Assembly: GCA_026026165.1 (NCBI GenBank)
Contig: JAPEUD010000028.1
Span: 124,001-188,000, forward strand
Direction: 5' to 3'
DNA length: 64,000 nucleotides
Origin: Sarea resinae
Lineage: Eukaryota
This document shows, piece by piece, positions 1-12,292 of the stretch; within the stretch, counting starts at the first letter, position 1; the number at the start of each line of letters is the position of its first letter. Made by a program: the position numbers and the translations under genes. A model generated the notes under the pieces. That model had not been told where the DNA came from. It saw only the letters and a program-made list of their open reading frames with translations, and searched no databases.

Positions 1-1018
1 GCTGCGCGTAGATGTCGCCGCACGTCTTGATGCCGATGGCGTCGAGTTCGCGCTCGAACACGCGGCCGATGCCGTTGACTTTGCGCGTCGGCAGCTCTCG
101 CATAAAGGCCATGATGTCGGCGCGCGTCGACGGCACGCGGTACTGGCCGTTTGGCTTGTTCTTGTTGGAGGCGATCTTGGCGAGTTTGGCATTGGCCGCG
201 ATGCCAGCGGAAATCGTAATCTTGGTCTTCTCGGACACTTCGGCGCGCAGTTGCTGCACCGCGGACTCCGGGTCCAGATCGTCGTGCTCTTGCAGGTACT
301 TTGTAATATTGAGGTAGGCCTCGTCGATACTGGCGCTCTCGAAGCGCGGGTCGTAGTTGGCGAGGATGGCACGCACTTCCTGCGCCTTGGCCGTGTATTT
401 GTCAAAGTTGAGCGGGAGGCAGATCAGGTGCGGACAGAGCTTCATGGCGATGAATCCAGCCATGCCACTCCGGCAGCCGAATTTGCGCGCGTGGTAGTTG
501 CAGGTCGTGAGCACGCCCTTGCCCACGGCCATGGGGACATGCTTCAGTTCCGGCCGATCAAGCTCTTCTACCGCGGCGTAAAAGGCGTCGCAGTCGATGT
601 GGACGACGGTCTGCGAGAGGTCGCGCGAGAGCTCGAGTTGCGCGATGTAATCGTCGGCGCGGCGGAGGTCTGACTGGAGGTCGACGCTTTCCAGCTTGCG
701 CTTTCGCGCGAGGATGCTTTCGATCTTCTTCGTGAGGTTCTTATCCTTGACTTCTTCATTGTTGAAATACTTCGAGCCCTTGGACGCCTCGTAGATGGTT
801 TCCGAGACCTGTGCATCACCCCAGTAAGCATGGGAACAGAGGATAGCTGTTGGAAGACCAACCTTTCGCTGATCGACAGCATCTTGACCGGCCTTGGTCA
901 AAGAAGGGCCTAGCAGATGGTATTTGAGAGTATCGTGTTCCCCGACGCTGGCTGCTGCTGCCGCTGCTGCAATGACTTGGTCCGGAGCTGGCGACGGGGA
1001 CCCTTGAGCAACGGTCAT
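1..1018 (-). CDS. DNA polymerase kappa (Y-family, DinB/PolK); 5' part only, gene runs off the left edge
   Basis: ATG at 1018 gives MTVAQGSPSPAP...EHDTLKYHLLGPSLTKAGQDAVDQRK. A predicted intron at 809-862 (GTTGGT...CACAG) joins to VSETIYEASKGSKYF...IVHIDCDAFYAAVEELDRPELKHVPMAVG...TTCNYHARKFGCRSGMAGF...SIDEAYL...ISAGIAANAKLAKIASNKNKPNGQ, which are Y-family/Pol kappa motifs. Confidence 0.93.
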   Translation of the reverse strand, partial: MTVAQGSPSPAPDQVIAAAAAAASVGEHDTLKYHLLGPSLTKAGQDAVDQRKVGLPTAILCSHAYWGDAQVSETIYEASKGSKYFNNEEVKDKNLTKKIESILARKRKLESVDLQSDLRRADDYIAQLELSRDLSQTVVHIDCDAFYAAVEELDRPELKHVPMAVGKGVLTTCNYHARKFGCRSGMAGFIAMKLCPHLICLPLNFDKYTAKAQEVRAILANYDPRFESASIDEAYLNITKYLQEHDDLDPESAVQQLRAEVSEKTKITISAGIAANAKLAKIASNKNKPNGQYRVPSTRADIMAFMRELPTRKVNGIGRVFERELDAIGIKTCGDIYAQ

Positions 1019-1649
1019 GATAGTCGGCCTAAGGGAGCTGGGTCCGAGACAGGCATCTGCGCGACGGTGGCAAGACCGAGCGAAAGCTATATGACGGACC
1101 GGGACAGTCACACATTCGAGCTGCGTCGCCTTGATCTGTGAAGAAAGGAGTAAAGTAGGGCGTCAGTAGCAGCCCTACCACCCTACAGAGGTACCTATCT
1201 ACTCTACCGCAATTGATACGCGGGGAAGACTACTCGCGAAGCATGGCGATCTACTCCGTACGTAGTATCAGTCAATTCATTTGTAATGTATATGAACACT
1301 TCCATTGTTGTCTTAGAATAATTACTTGGATGATCTTGCAGGAAGACGACCACCCGACCCGCCAGATCCGCCGTATGAACATATCCTGCGCGTTCCCTAG
1401 CATTCCCGAGCATAACTCCTGGAGACCGTCAAAAACTCATGCCCCCTCCATCCAGACCCACGACCTGTACTTCCGTCAAGAGTCCGCCGTCCGCCGCCCG
1501 GAGCGTAGAAATGAAAGGATAAAGCCGCCCACGCGGCTCTAACAGAATACATAAAGGGACGCAGCTTACGAAACGGTGAAAAAGAAAGTTCCGTTGATTT
1601 GTTCAAGATCCCAGCCCACACGACCCCCGAACTCCCTGCCATCGTTTCC

Positions 1650-2449
1650 TCACATCACGATACACTGCTTGTTGCCCGTGGGTTGGCTCGGATTCTGCGA
1701 CTTTTCAATCTCCGCGATCATGAGCTCGAAAGCCCTCGTGACGTTTTCATTGTATCGGGCGCTCGCCTCGGTCCAGGCACATTTGAATTCCTCTGCGAGC
1801 CCGCGTCCGTCCTCGACGGTGACTTGTCTCTGCTCGGGCCGTAGATCGCTCTTGTTGCCGACGATGGTCAACGGTACCCACTCGGCGCCCTGCATTTGCA
1901 TTGCATATCAGCAATCGCCGCAAGCTGCCATTGCCGAGGCGATGTGACTCACAAGGTGATTTAAGATCTTGTCACGAATGACGCGGATCATCTCAAAAGA
2001 CTGCTTGGACGCGATCGAGTAGACTAGCACGTATCCGTGGATGCCGATGAAATGCTTGGAATTGAGAATGCTGTATTCATCCTATCGTTGCACGGCGTGC
2101 GCACTCGTCAGCAAATGGTCCTGCGCAGCCTCGAGCCATGCGCGATTGGCGAATCCAAGCATCACAAAAGGGTCGTCTCTCACCTGTCCAGCGGTATCGA
2201 TGATCTCCGTCGCGTAGTCTTGACCTTTGTATTTGATCACCTTGCTAAAGGTATTCTCGATGGTTGGATAGTAACTCTCGACAAAGTGCCCATCGACGAA
2301 TTGCACCGTGAGAGATGATTTGCCTGCATACGATGAACATCAGCAGGCTGTTCCTCGCAGTGCCTTTCCTAGGGTTGGGCGTGCGCGAACTGACCGACGG
2401 AGCGACTGCCCACGATGGCCATCTTGCGCTGTTTTGGAGGGGCCGGCAT
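1650..2449 (-). CDS. rhb1: Rheb small GTPase (multi-exon)
   Basis: MPAPPKQRKMAIVGSRSVG|KSSLTVQFVDGHFVESYYPTIENTF...DTAGQ|DEYSILNSKHFIGIHGY...IVGNKSDL...EASAR, ending in the CAAX box CIVM*. The Arg at the Ras G12-equivalent position (GSRSVGKS) is diagnostic of Rheb. Confidence 0.96.
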
Positions 2450-3287
2450 CTTGCGACGATGGCGTCTGAACTTCAGAGCTCCTGGCTTAGAGTGCCACGG
2501 TGGTTCCAAGGACGTGAGATATTATCTTTGGGAACGGTTGGTTGAGGCTATCAGGCGAAGAAGCAATTGATGGCTCTTACGCCACCAGTGCTCGTGGTGG
2601 AGAGGTAGAAGACGGGATGGAAATTAGTTGGAGGGGCTTGGAGCCTGGAGGGGAGGGGCAGGATGGAGCGGCGTTACGTTATGGACTGGACTGGACGCGA
2701 CCTAACACGCACTCTCACCTCACCACCATGGACCGGAACAATTAATCACAGTCAGTCACTCTCTCCCTGGAAGTCACGCACGAATGGCTATCTCAGGGGA
2801 AATATTACGCTATGGATACTACTTGAACATGCATCATTTGCATTTGGAACAGAGAGCAAAGCGCAGGCACGTCGCCAATGCTCCTCGGGACCTCGTGCTT
2901 CTGCTGCTCCACTTCCCGAAAACTTTACGGGGCGACACCGGAATCGGGTCCGAGGGCCCTGCCTCGCTAGACCAGATCTAGGAACATTTTTGATGGAATT
3001 CCTATGTACGCAGTAGGGCCTCTCGATCAACAAAGCAACGCGTTTCCACAAGTTCAAAGAATCTGTTCGAAGAAAAAGAATCTCCAAGGGTGATTAAGAG
3101 ATGGCCACGTAGAGAAAGAAAGTTGCTTTTGTTTATCCTGTCTAAATTCCATCGCCTTTTTACTCGCGAGAGAGGCTGATCTAAGAGAAAGACCTGTTCT
3201 TGATAGCTATGTTTTGCGCTTTTGTACGTATTAACGTGACAATGATCCACCCTGACATTTGAGAGAAATGAGTGATAGTAGATGTAT

Positions 3288-4736
3288 CTAGAAGAGAGAC
3301 AGGAGGGCGGACGCTCCCGACTCGCTGCTGACGTAAAGCACGTCGTGGCTGTCGGGAAAGCCGTTGAAGCGGGTCGCCGAGCACTTGGTGTAAGCTGTCG
3401 ATGATCAGCATCAAGTTCATCGTTAATCCCGAATGGAGATCAAACTTACCTCCCATGTCTTCGAAATAAAGCCAATCGCCAACATCCAGCACCTCAGGGA
3501 ACGTGCAGCTGGCAGCAATGCAATCGATTCCATCGCAGGTTGGACCCCAGACCGAGTAAGCAGTGGCGGGCTCCGCAGCAAAATCCGAAGCATTCCGACC
3601 ATGCAAGAAGCGTTGACCGCACTTGAGAATGCGCGGGACGGGCTGTTGGTGGTCAAACATGATGCTGGAAAAGTTGCCGTACACGCCATCGTTCATGTAA
3701 AGCATGTAAGACGATGCTCCAGTAGTTTGATCTGCAACCGTGCGACGGGCAATGACACTGCAGGCGAGCGTAAAGGCCGATGAGACGTAGTATCTACCGG
3801 GCTCCGCAATGACGCGGATGTGCGGAGGGAAGTAGTCATCCAATGCTTGCGAAAGAACACTGGCCATGGCCTCGAAGCCCTCGTTGCAGAAGCCGCCCCC
3901 GACATCGAGAGTCCGCATGTTGAAGCCCACATCAGCTGCCTGGTCGAAGACTTGTCTGGCGTCACGGACAGCTTTGACAAAGGAGTTCGGATCGGATGCC
4001 CCCGAGCCGACGTGGAAGCTGACACCCACAACGTTCAAGCCCAGTTCCTTGGCCAGTTCCAGGAGTTCTTGAGCCTGGTCCATTGAGGCTCCAAACTTCA
4101 AGCTGAGGCGGCACAAGCTGGAAGAATCATCGGTAAGGATGCGAAGGTAGAGCTCAGCATCGGGGAAAAGCTCCTTCGTCTTGTAAAGCTCGTCGGCATT
4201 GTCGAAAGTCATTTGCTTCACGCCCTCCTTTGCAGCATAACGAACATAGGACTTGGTCTTGCAGGGCTGAGCATAGATGATCCTGGACGGTTCAATTCCC
4301 ATCTTCAAGACTTGTTCAATTTCGCTCTTGGAGGCGCAGTCGAAGCCAGTGCCCAGTTCGGAGAGGAGCCGAATGACCTGAGGGTCTGGGTTGCATTTGA
4401 CGGCTGATCGATATTAGCGGAGTTTCGCTGCTACAAAGCAAGCTCCTTACCATAAAAAGGCCTCACTCGCTTGAGGTTCATCTTCCAGCGAAGGTGCTGT
4501 CGGTAGACCTCGCCCATATCAGCCACGAAGAAGGCGTCTTCTTCTCCGGCCGAGCAGACATCTTGATCGATCTTCTCCACACGTTCTTTCAAGGCCTCAC
4601 CAATCACTTGTTCCGGGGTGGGACTAGGGACTTCATACTGTTGGACAGTTACATTCGCTGTCTTGCTGATCGACAAAGCTCTATTGAACCTTATCGGGCA
4701 GTACGTTTCGGTGGTTGTGATGGCCGAAGGTGCCAT
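3288..4736 (-). CDS. spe1: Ornithine decarboxylase (3 exons)
   Basis: AFFVADMGEVYRQHLRWK...PFY|AVKCN (PLP lysine), GFDCAS, IIYAQPCK, GVSFHVGSG, LDVGGGF, IAEPGRYY, WGPTCDGID, EDMG|AYT...FNGF. Predicted introns at about 4405-4450 and 3395-3449; stop TAG at 3288-3290. Confidence 0.97.
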
Positions 4737-4789
4737 AACCTTGTGGTCAGGCGTTGAAGTTGAATTGAATAGAAACGGTGGAGACGGTG

Positions 4790-5026
4790 TTAGGGAGGAC
4801 GGGAACGATCCTGCCCGGGGCTGATCTGGGGACGAGACCTCCTCGACTCTTCCTCGGACGGAGGAAGAACCGCAGAGAACGTGCTATGCGGCAGCTGGGT
4901 GGGTTCGGGAGACAAAGGAAGTGGTGGAATCAAACTGAAAAGCAGATTCTCAACGTGGGACAGTGAGGACAGCAGTCGGAGGTGGAAGGTCGTTGAGGAT
5001 GTCTGGGTGTGGGCGAGTTGACTCAA
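4790..5026 (-). promoter_or_regulatory. Putative non-AUG upstream conserved coding region (uCC) in the ODC 5' leader
   Basis: AUG-less open frame (5092 to 4790) ending ...FSAVLPPSEEESRRSRPQISPGQDRSRPP-TAA about 55 nt before the ODC ATG. An in-frame TTG at 5026 has a strong context (TCCAAA-TTG-A). The architecture matches the uCCs reported for fungal ODC mRNAs. Confidence 0.7.
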
Positions 5027-5212
5027 TTTGGAGAGAAACTGGCGTGGTGGCCAATGGGGCCGTAGTGAGTTGGTTGCCTTTGAAGAGACCAAAGGCAGTC
5101 ACTGGGAGAATTGCTGTGAGCGGTCTAGATGAAGGTTCGACACGGTCAGCCTCTGCATCAGGGGGGCGGAGATGAAGATGAAGGGGGCGATTGGCGGGGT
5201 ACAAGTGAAAAT

Positions 5213-5218
5213 TTATAG
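5213..5218 (-). promoter_or_regulatory. TATA-like box upstream of the ODC leader
   Basis: TATAAA on the minus strand followed by a pyrimidine-rich tract, about 480 nt upstream of the ODC ATG. Consistent with a long 5' leader. Confidence 0.45.
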
Positions 5219-7657
5219 CGCCGGGAACTCGAGGATATACACACCGATCGAGGGCATGGACCAGAAGCAAGTGATCTCACACGAGAGCGGTATCAAGACC
5301 TCCGAGACTGCTGGGACTGGATGCTGAACGAGTGAAGAACGGAGACAATGGGAGACGGATCGAGGGGGATATGTAGGTCTGGAGAAGGGAGCTGGGGAAC
5401 AATTCAGAGTGTGACTGGCAATAATGGCGGCGAGGTCAAGCGATGACACAACCCGTGCAAGGTTGCAAACTGCAGGACGAAGTGACGGGTACGAGGCGAC
5501 GCTCGCGGTCGGCGACGCGACAGCAGCGAAAATCTCATCGGGAGAGGTCACGGGTACTTGTTGCGCACCCACACTCCCCACCGACGATGAGATTATTATT
5601 ACTCCGGAGTATCATCTCGTTCTCGTAAGGAGCCCCATCCCCATCCGCATCCACGGTGCAAAATGCCTCACTCCATCGCCCATCACCCCCGAGGGCCAAC
5701 CAGCAACGGCTCACTATCAAGCTCGCAGTCCTCTACTCCATCGTACTCTCACAGCAACAGCAACAGCAACAGCAAGTAGTGGCCATGACCCAACATGGAT
5801 CACTGGAGGATCACTGGAGGATCACGTAGCAAGTCGGCCGCTCCTCGACTTCCCAGCTGGCCGTCCGTCTATCAAGTCTTGACAGGTTTCAGCTCGCGGC
5901 GTCGTGGGAGCCAGACGGTGGGATTTGACCCCGTAGATCTGTGGCGGTGTGTCGGGGAGGGCGTCCCTGGGCGCGACAAGTAAACATGGCACTTTTGACA
6001 GCGTCGCGAAGTCAAAGCGATGCAGCTTCTGCTTTGATTGGTTTGTCTCTCTCTTTCTAGATGACATCGAGTTCATTCCCCGGTTTGCATACGCGGTCGG
6101 GGTTGGGGTTGGGTTGGGCAAGTGTCTACGCTGTACTCTATTCGATTCGTGTCTGTCTGATTGATTCGATTCGGCCTCGACGCCACCTGCACTCACCCAT
6201 GATGGCATGCGCAGCAGCACCTTCAGTGGTCGACGGCGGACTCGTCCCAGTCAGTGCCACCGCTGGAGGCCTGCGCAGTGCCCTTGTGGATGCAGTACTA
6301 CGTAGAAGTTGCTCTTGCTTTTTCTTCCTCTTCTCTTCTCTTCTCTTGGCCTTCGATTTCTTTTCTCGGTGGTCTTCTCTTCCGTGGCAAGGTGCATCGA
6401 GGGCATGGGTGCTGCATCGATGGCGCATACTACTGCGTATGTACTCCGTAGAGACTCAGCATGCAGGCGGCGGGCGTTGCAGCGCCCCTGTCGGTCACTG
6501 ACGACATCGGAGACTGCTCGGTCCCCATGCCTGTTGGGGCTGCAGGCGGTGAGCGAAAAAGCAAAGTCCACGTCGAGCCAACGGCCGAATGCCATGATGC
6601 TGCATGGTCGAGCCTGCAGCGGTGGTCCTTGGCCGTGCAGGGCGAGGGAGAGAGAGACGACGTTGTCCGTACTACTCCACGTCGAGAGGGGAGCACTCGC
6701 CGTCCGTCTGGAACGGGCGGGAACCAGCGGTTTGTATATCTACTACCTACATAGTGCCCCGACCGCCGTCGTCGACACGAGCAACACGAGCATCCCATTA
6801 TTATTCCATTCCATTGTCCATGCATCTGTCGACTGACTCTGGTCATCTGCACGACTCGTGGTCGTCTGCAAATATATTGCATATGGCGGCCACTCGACTT
6901 GTTCGCCGTTCGATGCAATCAATCAATCAATCTATCTATCTATCGACCTGACTCTCCTGATGTTCTCTTCTGACTGCTGCGGGTCGGAGCCGGAAGTCGT
7001 CTTATCCACCGTCCTGATGGCGATGCCTCGACTCGGTTGCCTCGGTCGCCTCGGTCGGCCATCTGTGGTCTCATGGTCGTCTGTTTGGAACATCCAAGAC
7101 CAGTGTCGAGAAACAAAAGCAAACAGGCAATGAATCCCTCATCTGTGCGATGCACTATTAGTTTCGAAACAATCGATCCATGTCAATATCATGATCATGA
7201 CCAAGTCCTATCCCCATGTGCTCTGGAGGACACCTCATCTGTACAGGCTATTCGAGATCGAGATTCGTAGTGCTGGGAGTGGTATTTGCTCCCTCTCCAG
7301 TCGGGGAATCAGGTGCAATCAACTGCCCCTATCATTATCGAGGTAGAACTCAATGGTGAAGATGATCACCAGCTTCTTGGAACAATATGATCCCCAGGAA
7401 CTGATTTGAAGTAGTGGTAAAAGACTGACCGTATTTCACGCCCACATCAGTATCGAGCCCCACGACTTGGCGATTCGAAAATCCCACGTTTCGCGACTCG
7501 CGACCGAACGTCCCTCGGTCCCCGCAACATCAACACCCTGACCATCTCCATCACCAAAATCTCATCTACCACCCAATTATTCCCCTTCCTCCAACATCAG
7601 CCATCCAATCCATCTCCGTGCCTCTGAGCTCACATATCGAGCACCACCGTAACTTCA

Positions 7658-8931
7658 ATGGCCGGCGTCAAGCGTGCGCGCAACGGCGACCAAGTCCCTG
7701 CAACCACCGGCACGATGTCTACGACCGGAGACTCGATGAAAGCCCCTCAAACATCCGCCTCTGCATCCTCCACATCGCCGTTCATGCCCATGTTCGAGCA
7801 CTTCCGCGCCGAGCTGGACGAGCACCACGACCGCCGCGAGCGCGTCATCAAAGCCTCGCGAGACGTCACGGCCGCGAGCAAGAAGATGATCTTTGCGATG
7901 CAGCGGTAAGGCCGTCTTCCAGTCTGCTCTCTGCAAACCCAACCCAGCAAGCCAAACCAAAACAAACCAATCTTTTACATCATTTCGCACCTGAGATCAA
8001 GGAAGTAAAAAGAAAGCCCCGCTAATGCCTATAACTCCGCCCCAGAGCCCGCACACTCTGCACACCCCTGCCGCCCGCCATCAGCTCCGCGCTTCTGCCG
8101 CACCAGAAAACCATCTCGCAATCGCTGCGCTCGATCGCGCCCGACCTGCGCGGCATCAACGCGTACCGCTACCAGCGGCAAGTCTCGGGCGGTCTGCAGG
8201 AGTACATCGAGGCCGTGACGTTCGAGCACTATCTCCGCACGGGCACGTTGCTGGAGTTCGAGACGGCTCGCGCCGGCGTGGTGGCTATCATGCATGATGG
8301 CGGCAGCGGCGGCGGCGGCGGCGGCGAGGGCGTGCCGCACCGTGAAGAGCAGCCCGAAGCCAAAGCCGATGGAGGGGAGAATATGGCAGATGCGGATATG
8401 ATTATGGATATGGATACAAAAGAAAATGCAGAGTTGGCGCCGACATTGCAGCCCGAGGCCGTGCTCACCGAGGCCGACTACCTGCTCGGCATCTTCGACC
8501 TCGTGGGCGAACTCATGCGCTTCGCCATCACGGCCATGGCCACCTCTGGCTCTTTGCCCTCGTCCTCCTCCTCCACCTCATCCACCATCACCACCACCAC
8601 CACCTCGCCGCCCTCTGCCTCCCCTCCCCTTCCCGCAACCAATCCCACCAATCCCACCAATACCGCCACCACCCACACGCACGACACCCGCACCATCCTC
8701 ACCGACCTCCACGCCCTCCGCACCCATTTCCTCGCGCTGGACTTCACCGCGTCGTCCTCGTCGCCGCTGTCGCGCGACGTCGACCGCAAAGCAGACGTCA
8801 TGCGCGCGTGCGTCGACAAGGTCGAGATGGGCGCGTATGGGCTCGTGGTCCGGGGGAGCGAGAGGCCCAAGGGCTGGATGCCGGATTATGAGGACGGTGG
8901 TGCTGGTGGTGCTGGTGGGGACGGGTATTAG
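7658..8931 (+). CDS. Translin-associated factor X (TRAX/TSNAX family)
   Basis: Exon 1: FMPMFEHFRAELDEHHDRRERVIKASRDVTAASKKMIFAMQR. Intron 7906-8045 (GTAAGG...GCTAAT...CAG). Exon 2: GLQEYIEAVTFEHYL, DYLLGIFDLVGELMRFAI, VDKVEMGAYGLVVRGSERPKGW. Confidence 0.92.
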
Positions 8932-8944
8932 GGTTTCGATTATG

Positions 8945-9900
8945 GTGGATGGATGGATGGATGGATGGATGGATTGATGCACGAATCGAATCGAATCGAA
9001 TGCGAGTCAACCATAGATGGACTAGTAGACACGAGGAGATAGATACCTAGCTAGATACCTAGCTAGATACCTACTTACCTACCTACCTACCTACCTACCT
9101 AGCTAGATAGCTAGATCAATCCAGAAACATCGAGACACCGAGACACCGAGATAAAGAAGCTATAAACATCAATCCCAAATCTGAATTTTTCATTATCTAT
9201 CTCTCTATCTCTCTATCTCTCTCTTACAGATCACACAAACCAAAAAGTCAAGATACGAAAATCTACTAGGCTATAATTAGATCAGAAGAGAGATAAAATA
9301 GAGTAGAGTAGGGTAAGAGAGAAGAGAAGAGAATAGCTTAGGCTACTGATTATCTACCTTACCTTGGGATATAGGAATATGTAGTATGTACTATATACTA
9401 GATAGTATAGTATGTTAGGGTAGGGTAGAGTAGAGTAGAGTAGAGTAGAGTAGAGTAGAGTAGAGTAGAGTAGAGTAGAGTAGAGTAGAGTAGAGTAGAG
9501 TAGGGTAGAGAGTATAGAGTAGTGTAGTGTATACTACTTTTCTCTAGAAGAGGCCTATATGATACTCTAATATTTAGTATAGAGAGGTATATAGATATCT
9601 AGAGAGAGAGAGTAAGAGAGTAAGAGAGGAAGAGAGTAAGAGAGAGAGAGCGAGAGCGAGGAGGGAGGTATCTTATGCTCTTTTTGAATGCAGTGTATGG
9701 CGTTTGCAAGCAAGCAAGCAAGCAAGGAATGAAGGAAGGTAGGTAGGGAGGTAGTTTTCTTATGCTAGGAGAGACGTAGGTATCTTATGCTATCTAAAGT
9801 TAGGCATTCCATTTCGTTCGTCTTGCTCGTTACGTTCGTTCGTTCGTTTGCTTGTTCGTCCGTTCGCTCGTTCGCTCGCTCACTCGTTCGTGCGTTCACA
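8945..9900. repeat. Microsatellite/AT-rich island 1: (GGAT)n, (TACC)n, (TAGAG)n about 15 copies at ~9426-9500, (GA)n, (GCAA)n, (CGTT)n
   Basis: Tandem repeats directly visible; no credible ORF; TpA-rich. Confidence 0.9.
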
Positions 9901-10152
9901 CACGATGTAGCCAGGGGAGCGAGCCGACGTGAGATATGCCATGCCATGCTATCATATCAGCAGTGCTAATCACCGAAACCCTCCCTTTTCGCCCGGCACC
10001 CCGCTATCTCCCCCATGCCCCATGCTCTTCACTTTTTCCTAGCCACCCCCGGGCTCTGTAAATCCTCCGTCAACATCCAGGGACTGCCCAACCCAGAAGA
10101 TCATACCCATTTACAGTACCAGGCGAGACCTCCCCAAAGATCCGAAGAGGCC

Positions 10153-12292
10153 TCAGACGACACCGCCGCCCGTTGCTCGGGACAGCTCGGCCACGTCGCG
10201 GTACCAGCTTGTCTTGATGGCCTGCGGGCGCAACTTCGGCTTCTGTCTCTTCCGCGGCTTCGGGGCTTGATGCGGGGATAGCGGCGTGCTGGTGGTTGTT
10301 GCTGGCGTTGTTGGTTGCGCGGGCGTCGGCGGTGTGGATTTTGTCGGGGTAGACGGTGGGGCCATGGATGAGGCCGTCGTTGTTGTAGTGATTGTTGTGG
10401 TAGCAGCAGGAAATTCGGAGCTGGGCCCGGTGGCTGGAGGCGGTGGTGTCGAGATGTCCACAGTTTCGGGGTTGTGAGATTGGTTGCATTCGTGGTCATG
10501 ATCAGTGCCATGGCATCGGTCCTCGGAGACGCTAGTGGGAACGGCGTAGGAGGCTTCCGGGCGCAGGTGGGAGAGGAGAGGTAGGAGGGATTCATTCCAG
10601 ATACCCGAGACGCTGTTGTTTTGGAGGTGAAAGTACGGGTTCAGTAGAGGATAGGGGGACTCTTTGGGAGCGATGTTAGCGCCATGTTCCCTGATGAATG
10701 TGGGGCGACTTTTGGGGAGAAACGACACCGAGATGTGGGACAGGTTGAAAGAGAAAAGACAAAAGCAAGATAATCAGGCCGGTGAGCGTGACCTACCTAA
10801 ATCGATAAACCGAATACGGAGGTAGTTCAGCTCGGTGAACGTCTCGAGAGACTCGACGCCGGCCGTGACGAGTGCCTCAAACGCTTGGATGAACGGCCAA
10901 TTCGCCATGCCCGTGCCATCGTTCCAGTCACCCTTGGCTCTACAACAATTCTTGACGATTATGTCGACGTATTTGAGCTTCGGGCAGAACAGCCCCTCGC
11001 TGTGCAATTGCTGCTTCTTCGCCACCCGACGGGCCCGCGCGAAGAAGCACGAGCACATGCGGCCAGTGTAAGTAAGAGCTTCGAGATGCGGGGCAACGGC
11101 GCCAAGGTTGAGACAGATGTGGGTGGAGGGGTAGACTTTTCGCCACATGGGTGGAGACGTAGCTTCTCTACTGAAGGAGGTCTCGAGGGAGATGTTGAGG
11201 TGGGTCAGGGTCGGCGGGAGTTTCGGCACGATTTGGGCCATTGCTGTCAAGTATGTAAGCTAGAGGCAGTGCAACTGGAAGAGTAAAACTTACTGAGGTA
11301 CGCTTGGCTCTTGGGTTTGGCATATCCAAAGTGCCACTCGCGGATATTTGGAAAGCTGGCAGCAAGCGTGTGAAAGTCGTGCTCTTCCCGCATTATGTTC
11401 CATGTGCCTTTGAAGACCACGGTCTGGATGTTTCGCAGTACTGGCAAGAGGTCCGGATGATACAGGGAAAACTTGTCATGGTACCGAATCATCGGTGGTT
11501 TCTTGCAATGACCGCCTTCGAGCGTGAGAATACGAGCGTTCGGAAAGAGACGATCGACATGCAAAAAAATCTCCTCGAGGGATGCATTTTGGGAAGCGAG
11601 TTGGTAGGTCTGACCGATCTCGTTGTTCTCGTGCACCGACGGCAACAGAGAGTTGATGATCGAGGTGGCTTGGGCGCGTGCCTGACTAGGATAGTTGGGA
11701 GGATGTGGTGCTCTAGACACTAGCTCGCCAGCGCGTTTCTCCCACACGGGAACCCATATCTCTACGTGACGGACATAGGATTGCAGATGAGGGTGGTCCA
11801 AGATCCACAGTCGACATTGACGGAGTTCTGATGTAGTTCCCTTGACCTTGACTGCACGATGTGAGCCCTACTTTTTGGAGGCTCGCTCTTTCATAGGCGT
11901 CACCACTCACCATGTCTGTACAGTCTCTCTTGGATCAGTTGTCTCCAGGTGGCCGACACGAGTGCCAGGTTCGACAGTTGCCTCCGTCTCGGATGCCGCA
12001 AGACATTACTCCAGCTTCTCAACGGCTGAGCTTCCTTTTCGGTCTTGGCAGAAGACGTAGAAGCCCGGACGCCGAAGAGATGATCGAGAATAGCTTCGTG
12101 TATCTCAACAGGCAGATCCGAGAACTGAGGACCAGAAGGCGACAATTGTGATCGGACCTTGTCCTCAGCAATCGGGGTGAGCAAAGACGTAGCCGACTGA
12201 CCACATGAGAGATGACAACCAGGAGCGGGAGCAGCAGCAGCCTTGGCGGGGCACGCGATCAGAGAGGTGGGAGTGGTGTTGCACGTCGTCAT
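10153..12292 (-). CDS. Fungal F-box-like/leucine-rich protein (about 4 exons)
   Basis: FSDLPVEIHEAILDHLFG (F-box-like), then LALVSATWRQLIQERLYRH|VKVKG...YVRHVEIWVPVW...ILTLEGGHCKKPPMI...KGTWNIMR...LEALTYTGRMC...LRIRFIDL. Introns at 11852-11910, about 11243-11293 and about 10.7-10.8 kb. The last exon boundary is uncertain. Confidence 0.75.

Noticed and set aside
6138..6950. Cluster of overlapping 60-175 aa ORFs with a GTGAGT donor-like site near 6192-6197
   Set aside because: No recognisable domain or coherent exon chain; consistent with GC-rich intergenic DNA between ODC and TRAX.
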